Positions 44,347 to 50,814 of a DNA stretch of 50,814 nt are shown piece by piece. Position numbers and translations under genes: made by a program. The notes beneath the pieces are model-generated. The model ran no database searches and was not told where the DNA came from. It saw nothing but the letters and a program-made list of their open reading frames with translations. Origin of the DNA: an uncultured Coriobacteriales bacterium (GTDB taxonomy: Bacteria; Actinomycetota; Coriobacteriia; WRKU01; JAENWW01); the NCBI GenBank assembly GCA_937858655.1, contig CALLZE010000194.1, positions 1 through 50,814 of the forward strand, read 5' to 3'. Each line of letters starts with the position of its first letter. The first letter of the stretch is position 1.

Positions 44347-46584
44347 TCACCCTTTTTTACCTTTTTTCGCGGTCTTCTCGCCCGGCAGCGCACGGCGTGC
44401 TTCAAACACACCGTCAACCCCGCGCAAATCATTTACTAAAATATCGAGACGTGACATTTCGCCAATCTCAAAAAGAAAGCGCATATCAACCATGCCGTCT
44501 TTTTGCGTGGTCGTTGCTGAAGACAAGATATTGACGCCTGACTCAGCGATAAGCATTGTCACATCCTGCAAAAGACGCAAGCGATCGAGCGCTTGAATGA
44601 AAACTTCAACATGGTAGGTGGTTTTAGCCTTGCTATCCCATTCGACTTCAATAAGACGTTCTTGCGAGGCCATCAAGTTTGCCGCATTTGGACAGTTCGC
44701 GCGGTGCACTGATACACCGCGACCCCGCGTCACAAATCCAATAATCTCGTCACCTGGGACAGGATTGCAACATTTGGCCAATCGCACCAGCACATGGTCA
44801 ATGCCCTTGACGGAGATTCCATCACCGGGGTGCGACTTACGCGCGTGACGTGGTGGAGCCATAGGCATGTCAGGAGCAAGCTCTGCCTTTTCCTGCTGCT
44901 TATTTAGGGCATCTTCAGAAATCAGACCTTCCTTGGCCATATTTTTCAATATGCGTGTTGCTATGAGTTTGGCGCTCAGCTTGCCTGCGCCGATAGAAGC
45001 CACAAGGTCTTGAGCGGCAGTATAGTTCATTTCATCAGCGAGTTCTTGTAAGACTTTTTGAATACGCTTGCTCGTTATGGCAAGGCCATGTTTGCGCAAG
45101 GCCTTAACAAGCTCATCATGACCATGCTGCAAATCGTCTTCGCGCGTTGTCTTTGCTAAATAACTCTTAATTTTTGATTTCGCGGAACTCGTCCGAACAA
45201 TATTAAGCCAGTCACGTGAAGGATGAGCGTTTTTGTTGGTAAGTATTTCGACACGGTCGCCCATTTGCAACTCAGAGGCAAGCGGGACAATTTGCCCATT
45301 AACTTTAGCCCCAACGCAGTGATGGCCCACCTCAGTGTGGATAGCGAAAGCGAAATCGAGAGGTGTTGAACCTCGCTTGAGAGAGCGCACGTCGCCCTTC
45401 GGAGTGAAAACAAACACTTCTTCCTCAAAAAGGTCTACGCGCAAAGCGTCCATGAACTCTTTGGGGTCTTTGAGGTCCGTTTGCCACTCGAGCATCTGGC
45501 GCAGCCACGCAAGGCGTTCATCAAAGCTTTTGTCCTCTTGGAAGTTGCCCTCTTTGTAGCGCCAATGAGCCGCAACGCCGTATTCGGCCATACGGTGCAT
45601 TTCTTCGGTACGAATCTGAATCTCGAGAGGGCGACCAGAAGGGCCAATGACTGTCGTGTGCAACGATTGGTACATATTGAACTTAGGCATCGCGACATAA
45701 TCTTTAAAGCGTCCTGGCATCGGCTTGTACAGGCTGTGAACCGTTCCCAGCGCACCGTAAACATCCTTGACCGAGTCAACAATAATTCTCAGAGCAATAA
45801 GGTCGTAGATTTCACTGAAATCCTTACCCTTATTTATCATTTTCTGGTAAATGCTATACAAGTGCTTTGGGCGTCCACCAATCTCCGCCTTAATATGCAC
45901 CGATTCAAGTTCTTCTTGGATTTCTTCCATAACCTGCGCTGCGTATGCTTTTCGCTGGTCGCGACTCTCACGAACCATGCGAGAAATCTGTTCATACTTA
46001 ACGGGGTCAAGATACGAAAACGCGAGGTCTTCAAGCTCCCACTTGATTTGAGAAATGCCCAAACGGTGAGCAAGTGGCGCAAAAATATCCATTGTTTCGC
46101 GCGCTTTAACAAGTTGGCGCTCAGGCTTTAGCGCACTGAGAGTACGCATATTATGCAAACGGTCGGCAAGTTTGACGAGAATGACGCGGATATCACGCGC
46201 CATGGCGATGAGCATTTTGCGCATCGACTCGCTTTGCTGCTCGCTGTTGGTTTCAAAATCAATGCGGCCCAACTTCGTGACACCATCCACAAGAGAAGCC
46301 ACCTCTTCGCCAAATTCTTTCTGAACAGATGCAAGCGTGACATCAGGCGAATCCTCAACGGTGTCGTGAAGCATCGCTGCTTGAATAGTGGCGAGGTCCA
46401 TATTGAGGTCGGCCAAAATCAGCGCAGTGTTTAAGGGGTGAATTATAAAAGGTTCACCACTTTTGCGCTTTTGACCTTCATGCGCTTTCTCTGCAAACTC
46501 ATAAGTCTTGCGCAACAGGTTAACGTCAGCTGCTGGATTATTTGCGAGTACACGCTCTTCTATTTGTCCATAAATTACATTCAT
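44347..46584 (-). CDS. relA: Bifunctional (p)ppGpp synthetase/hydrolase (RSH, Rel/SpoT type)
   Basis: HD hydrolase domain (GEPFIIHPL...HDTVED), synthetase (KHLYSIYQKM...DLIALRIIV...YQSLHTTV), and TGS, then a C-terminal ACT-like domain. Length is 745 aa. Confidence 0.97.
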   Translation of the reverse strand: MNVIYGQIEERVLANNPAADVNLLRKTYEFAEKAHEGQKRKSGEPFIIHPLNTALILADLNMDLATIQAAMLHDTVEDSPDVTLASVQKEFGEEVASLVDGVTKLGRIDFETNSEQQSESMRKMLIAMARDIRVILVKLADRLHNMRTLSALKPERQLVKARETMDIFAPLAHRLGISQIKWELEDLAFSYLDPVKYEQISRMVRESRDQRKAYAAQVMEEIQEELESVHIKAEIGGRPKHLYSIYQKMINKGKDFSEIYDLIALRIIVDSVKDVYGALGTVHSLYKPMPGRFKDYVAMPKFNMYQSLHTTVIGPSGRPLEIQIRTEEMHRMAEYGVAAHWRYKEGNFQEDKSFDERLAWLRQMLEWQTDLKDPKEFMDALRVDLFEEEVFVFTPKGDVRSLKRGSTPLDFAFAIHTEVGHHCVGAKVNGQIVPLASELQMGDRVEILTNKNAHPSRDWLNIVRTSSAKSKIKSYLAKTTREDDLQHGHDELVKALRKHGLAITSKRIQKVLQELADEMNYTAAQDLVASIGAGKLSAKLIATRILKNMAKEGLISEDALNKQQEKAELAPDMPMAPPRHARKSHPGDGISVKGIDHVLVRLAKCCNPVPGDEIIGFVTRGRGVSVHRANCPNAANLMASQERLIEVEWDSKAKTTYHVEVFIQALDRLRLLQDVTMLIAESGVNILSSATTTQKDGMVDMRFLFEIGEMSRLDILVNDLRGVDGVFEARRALPGEKTAKKGKKG

Positions 46585-46632
46585 ACAAAAATTGTAGCCT
46601 TAAACAAGGCGTATACAAGCAACTCCTCTCAC

Positions 46633-49600
46633 TTATTGAACAACCGTCACATTTAGGGCCTGCGCGTTAGGCAAAATGGGCTTATTAAACCGCTCAAGCA
46701 AATCAATGCTATCTGCCAGTAATACCCATTCTCTGAATGAATCGAAACTCTCGATTTCATCAAGACCTTCGCTGTAACGCGTACTCATGGTGAGATCGAG
46801 CTTACCTGTCACAGGCAACATCTCGATAGTTCGGGCAACACTGCGACCTTCGGTTGATAAAAATCCAAGATCTCGAAAAACGCCGATGCCTGTCGAGATG
46901 CTCTTATCATCCACTTTGGCGACCCCTTTGGGGATATAGGCATTCGCGCGCGTGGCAATATCAGCATTACTTATGCTGAAACAATTACCCTCTTTCATTT
47001 CGATATCTTTCAGCGCCTTATACACCGCCGCGAGCGCGTCGCGCTGCGGGGCAAGAGACTGCAAGATGTATTCGTTGATGCGCGCGTCTTTTTTGCCAAA
47101 GAGCAGATGAATAGTCGCAGTAGCACCATCACGCCCACCGCGGCCCGCCATCTGATTAAACTCAACATCATTAAAGGGCAGATGATAGAGGACGACGTGA
47201 CGAATATCAGGAATGTTTACGCCTTCACCGAAAGCGGACGTTGCAATACAAAACTCCACTTCCCCTGTGCGGAATCGGCGCTCAATCTCATGGCGCGCCA
47301 CTTTGGTGAGTCCGCCATGATAGAAGGCCGTTTTCCATGCCAAATTGCCCACAGCCTTGCGCACAATACGCGCAATCTTAACCGCTTCCTCGCGTGAGTT
47401 CACATACACAACCGTCTTTTCTTGCTTACGAGCAAGATCAAGAATAAAGCGCTCTTTGTGCTCATGATTACGCTGGTCATCAATGACTAGATTATTTCGC
47501 ACACTCGGATCGAGTACCGCGTCAGTGATATGAAGTGTTTCGATAATACGTTGAGCAACCTCATCGGAAGCTGTTGCAGTCACCGCAAGCGTTGCCGGTA
47601 GCGAACCGTCACTATTGACTGCTCCAAGAGCATGACCCAGTTGTGCGTAGGCAGGACGATTTCCTGCGCGCGCTTGCCCGATATGGTGAGCTTCATCGAC
47701 CACAACGAAGCCGATTCGATTGGCGGGCGCGAATTCGCTGCCATGAAAGTGCAAGTACTCAGGCGTTGTAAGCACTATGTCGAGCGTACCCTCTTTGAGT
47801 GCCTCAAATGCCTCAGTTTGGTGAGTTTTTGAAGTCTCTCCTGTTACAACGGCAACTTCTAGGCCGAGTTCAGAAAAAGTCTCTTTGAGGTGAAAAGCCT
47901 GATCGGCAACAAGGGCACGCAAGGGATAAACGAAAATGCTTGCTTTATTGTGAAGGAGCGCCATTTTTGCCGCATGCATATGGAAAATGAGCGACTTACC
48001 CCGCCCTGTCGCCATAACAGTCAACACATTGCGACCACGCTCCAGAAGTTCGAGAGAGCGCTCTTGAGCTCCATGAAGACTGCCTTGTCCGATAAACGTT
48101 TCAATTAAGTACGCCTGCAACTCTTGGGCGCTCAGCCTTGATAGCGCCTTTCTTCTGCTGGCGCGGTAGTGGCGCGCTTCCTCTTGAAGAGCAAGCGATT
48201 CCTTACGCGCAATTTCGACATTAACACCGCGCGATTTGCCCTCGTTGCCTCCCGTTACTGACCCAAGCGCAACGGTATACTCAACCCCCTCATCGAGAGC
48301 AGGTGCAATCACCGCCGCAAGATCACGGTTTAAAAATCCAATTTGAGCTTCGAGCCGAGGCGCGTACACGGCGACCGCTTGGGGGTCATACTCATTAAGG
48401 GGGTCTCGTCTCAATATGAGCGCTTCATCATCGACAAGACGCGCAATCACTTCTTGACGTCCCTCGAATGTTACCCCCGCGAGTTTTGTAAAGAATGAAT
48501 GAGCCTCGAGAATGCCTTCGTACTCTCGTGATTTGAGCGAATCATCCGCAGAAGCGAAAAGTTCATCGAGAAACTCATGCGCCTCCTTGTCAGCGTCATC
48601 CTCTTCAAGAAGAGGCTCGCTTAAAATATCTATACTTTGAACCATAAGTTGCAGGCGTTTATGTCCCTGCCATGTATCAATTTCAAAACGATACGAGATA
48701 TTGGCGAGTTGCTCCGCGCCCAAGGCTCGCTCAATGCCGGGACATCTGAAGAAAATGGCGGGAACTTGCGCACCGTTTTCATAAGCTTGGAACTTGAGAT
48801 GCTGGCCTTCTTTACCAACGGTACAGGTGTTTTTCATCATGATGGCATGAGATAAAAACAGTGGTCGCTTATTGGCTTCGCCGAAAGGCTCAAGAAGCGC
48901 AATTTCGTCGGCGAGACTCACTGATAGTTCGTCTATGCTGGTGCTAGCATCAATAAATTTTCGACTTCTGCGCGCCTCAAGAGGGAGCGTTTCAAGGTAA
49001 GCATAGAGCTCTTCTTTAAAAGCATCGAGATTATTGACATCTACCGCAAGGCCCGCTGCTCCCGCGTGACCACCATAGCGCAACAAATGACTAGAACAGC
49101 ATTCGAGCGCCTGAAATAAATCAATAGAACCCACGGAGCGCGCCGAACCAATCGCAATGCCATCCTCAATTGAACATAAAATGGTAGGCACATTATATTT
49201 CTGGGCGATGCGAGAAGCGACTATTCCTTTTACGCCGTCATGCCAACCCTCACCCGCCACAACAATGGCAGGTTCGCCCTGATAGGTGCGCTCAAGCAAA
49301 GCGCTCACGCCTTGGCTTAAATCAGCCTCAGCCATCTGACGCGTCTTATTGTGCTCATCGAGAATAAGCGCTAATCGAGCAGCCTCAAGTGGGTCATTCT
49401 CAAGCAACAGCGCAAGAGCATCAACCGGAGAAGCAACACGGCCAGCAGCATTGAGTCGGGGAGCAAGAGTGAACGAGATTTTTTCTGATGTTAGGGAGTC
49501 AAGAGGAACCTTTGCGAGCGCAGCCAATGCCGCGATGCCCACATTGGGGTTGACGCGCATCTTCTCCAAGCCAGCTGCCACCAACGCTCGGTTTTCTCCC

Positions 49601-50361
49601 AAGAGAGGCATAACGTCAGCGACGGTACCCAGCGTAGCGAGATCAACAAATTCTCGCCATAGCGCTGGCTTTCCCATGCTTTGAGACACGGCCTGAACTA
49701 ATTTAAGAGCGACGCCCGCTCCCGCAAGCTGGCTGCCGTCATCACTATAATTCGCATCAAGTTTAGGGTTTGCGATAGCAATCCCTTGAGGCAATAAATC
49801 ACCGGGCTCATGATGATCGGTCACCACCACATCAAGCCCCTGCTCGCGCAGAAGTGTTATTTCTGGCGCGGCAGAAATGCCACAGTCAACCGTAAGTACT
49901 AAATTCGGTCGCTTAGCTAGAATGCGCTCAACTGCCGCGGGAGTGAGACCGTAGCCATCTTCGAGCCTGCGAGGCAAGATTGCTTCGACATTTCCGCCAC
50001 AGGCACGCAACCCACGCAAGGCGAGCGCCGTCGCGCTGATCCCATCAAGATCGTAGTCACCAAAGACGCAAATGCGCTCGTGATTTTCGATAGCAGTTCT
50101 GACCCGCTCTGCCACCTCTTTAATGCCGGGCAATAAAAGAGGATTCTTCCAATCGCGTGCAAGTGATGGCTCCAGAAAGCGGCGCGCGGTATGCGCGTCA
50201 TTAAGCCCGCGACTTGACAGAATTCGCGCGAAAAGACGCGAGACCGACAGCTCTTCCTCTAAGGTGCGCACAGCATCTTCGTCGAATTCAGCTTGTACAA
50301 ACTCATACTCTGGACACCCAGAGGGTTTTTGAAATTGATTATTCATAGGTGTGCATCTCAA
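46633..50361 (-). CDS. recJ: RecJ exonuclease - HIRAN - RecQ-family helicase fusion protein (1242 codons)
   Basis: aa 1-580 are RecJ: VFGDYDLDG, TVDCG, VVTDHHEP, GTVADVMPL, GGHAGAAG. aa ~622-720 are HIRAN-like: LAGVTFEGRQ..LRRDPLNEYDPQAVAVY..IGFLNRDLAAVIAPALDEG. aa ~750-1100 are a RecQ core: MATGRGKS, VYPLRALVADQ, VVVDEAHHIG..NRPAY, VTATA, QMAGRGGRDG. The track start is a TTG at 50361. The first ATG (MNNQF) is at 50346. Confidence 0.85.
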   Translation of the reverse strand: MRCTPMNNQFQKPSGCPEYEFVQAEFDEDAVRTLEEELSVSRLFARILSSRGLNDAHTARRFLEPSLARDWKNPLLLPGIKEVAERVRTAIENHERICVFGDYDLDGISATALALRGLRACGGNVEAILPRRLEDGYGLTPAAVERILAKRPNLVLTVDCGISAAPEITLLREQGLDVVVTDHHEPGDLLPQGIAIANPKLDANYSDDGSQLAGAGVALKLVQAVSQSMGKPALWREFVDLATLGTVADVMPLLGENRALVAAGLEKMRVNPNVGIAALAALAKVPLDSLTSEKISFTLAPRLNAAGRVASPVDALALLLENDPLEAARLALILDEHNKTRQMAEADLSQGVSALLERTYQGEPAIVVAGEGWHDGVKGIVASRIAQKYNVPTILCSIEDGIAIGSARSVGSIDLFQALECCSSHLLRYGGHAGAAGLAVDVNNLDAFKEELYAYLETLPLEARRSRKFIDASTSIDELSVSLADEIALLEPFGEANKRPLFLSHAIMMKNTCTVGKEGQHLKFQAYENGAQVPAIFFRCPGIERALGAEQLANISYRFEIDTWQGHKRLQLMVQSIDILSEPLLEEDDADKEAHEFLDELFASADDSLKSREYEGILEAHSFFTKLAGVTFEGRQEVIARLVDDEALILRRDPLNEYDPQAVAVYAPRLEAQIGFLNRDLAAVIAPALDEGVEYTVALGSVTGGNEGKSRGVNVEIARKESLALQEEARHYRASRRKALSRLSAQELQAYLIETFIGQGSLHGAQERSLELLERGRNVLTVMATGRGKSLIFHMHAAKMALLHNKASIFVYPLRALVADQAFHLKETFSELGLEVAVVTGETSKTHQTEAFEALKEGTLDIVLTTPEYLHFHGSEFAPANRIGFVVVDEAHHIGQARAGNRPAYAQLGHALGAVNSDGSLPATLAVTATASDEVAQRIIETLHITDAVLDPSVRNNLVIDDQRNHEHKERFILDLARKQEKTVVYVNSREEAVKIARIVRKAVGNLAWKTAFYHGGLTKVARHEIERRFRTGEVEFCIATSAFGEGVNIPDIRHVVLYHLPFNDVEFNQMAGRGGRDGATATIHLLFGKKDARINEYILQSLAPQRDALAAVYKALKDIEMKEGNCFSISNADIATRANAYIPKGVAKVDDKSISTGIGVFRDLGFLSTEGRSVARTIEMLPVTGKLDLTMSTRYSEGLDEIESFDSFREWVLLADSIDLLERFNKPILPNAQALNVTVVQ

Positions 50362-50381
50362 CTATCTTCGTTTGTTCTCTT

Positions 50382-50428
50382 TAATAATAACCGAGGGGAC
50401 CGACATTTGAAAATGCCAGTCCCCTCGG
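50382..50428 (-). terminator. Rho-independent terminator of secF
   Basis: A 10-bp perfect stem CCGAGGGGAC (50391-50400) / GTCCCCTCGG (50419-50428) with an 18-nt loop. On the minus strand it is followed by TTATTATTAAAG. Confidence 0.6.
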
Positions 50429-50471
50429 GAACAAAAAATCAGTTAGTTACGCACAAAAATGAGAAAACAGA

Positions 50472-50814
50472 CTAGGCTGCTGCCTCAGTCTTCTTGCCAT
50501 CCTTGCCATACTTCTTACGAAGAGAAGCGTACTTTGGCTCAGTTTCCTTCCACATAGTGTAGAGAGGAGCCGCAAGACCGATTGAAGAATAAGCGCCAAC
50601 GGCCAAACCAATGGTGAGCGCAAGAGCAAAACCATTGAGAGCGTCAACATTAAAGACAAGCATAACAACTACAGGGAGCAGTGAGGTGATGGTCGTGTTG
50701 ATGGAACGAGCAAATACCTCGTTGATTGAGAGGTTCGCCATCTCCATAAACGACATCTTGCTCAAATTGGTCGTGTTCTCCTTGATACGTCCAAATACTA
50801 CAACGGTATCGTAG
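50472..50814 (-). CDS. secF: Protein translocase subunit SecF (or SecDF), C-terminal part; 5' end outside the window
   Basis: The frame stays open to the window edge: DTVVVFGRIKENTTNLSKMSFMEMANLSINEVFARSINTTITSLLPVVVMLVF...LAVGAYSSIGLAAPLY. This is the conserved SecF DT(I/V)VVFDRIREN block plus the last two TM helices. Confidence 0.88.
   Translation of the reverse strand, partial: YDTVVVFGRIKENTTNLSKMSFMEMANLSINEVFARSINTTITSLLPVVVMLVFNVDALNGFALALTIGLAVGAYSSIGLAAPLYTMWKETEPKYASLRKKYGKDGKKTEAAA

Noticed and set aside
45481-46131. 216-aa plus-strand ORF
   Set aside because: It lies entirely antisense within the highly conserved relA synthetase/hydrolase region and is a shadow ORF.
46633-50361. 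Helicase-nuclease fusion as an anti-phage defence gene
   Set aside because: It sits in the canonical secF-recJ-relA housekeeping position, has a full RecJ module, and has no neighbouring defence-type genes (methylases, ATPases, TIR etc.). I interpret it as a DNA-repair variant.
1-50814. CRISPR arrays, tRNA/rRNA genes, IS elements, long tandem or dispersed repeats
   Set aside because: Reading the intergenic regions (all under 330 nt) I found none. The only repeats are the short regulatory-type repeats reported above.

Overview
Dense core-chromosome window with about 45 protein genes, 42 of them on the minus strand. I saw no tRNA or rRNA genes, CRISPR arrays, IS elements or prophage signatures. 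Gene order combines classic actinobacterial synteny blocks: secF / relA-MBL / hisS / aspS / rarA / alaS-ruvX-mltG-aroE-aroK-aroB-aroQ-pepP-efp-nusB; tlyA-nadK-recN-steA-steB ... pyrG ... xerD; then mraZ-rsmH opening the dcw cluster. There are also Firmicute-like features (asp23-nusB-xseB-dxs-tlyA, yqeG-aroE, recJ next to relA). With GC that looks near 50% by eye, this suggests a Coriobacteriia-type Actinomycetota genome, but that is inference only. Routine annotation does not explain the following. (1) A single 1242-codon ORF fuses a complete RecJ exonuclease, a HIRAN domain and a RecQ-family helicase core. (2) NusB carries a ~105-aa cysteine-rich insert with three CxC..C repeats. (3) A SigB/F-type sigma factor is paired with an RsbW-like anti-sigma whose ATP-binding boxes look degenerate. 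No STAS antagonist is present, and a DUF948-like membrane protein lies just upstream. (4) A ~5.8 kb envelope cassette interrupts the steB-pyrG synteny. It holds a MraY/WecA-like transferase, a 788-aa signal-peptide plus polytopic protein, and divergent murJ + GT2. (5) An ORF-free ~190-nt structured RNA, probably 6S RNA, lies between aspS and rarA. Smaller items are MraZ-box-like repeats, a murJ whose conserved N-terminus has no canonical start codon, and an xseB without xseA. I do not see a clear novel multi-gene system such as a defence island. The RecJ-HIRAN-RecQ fusion is my best candidate for something new.
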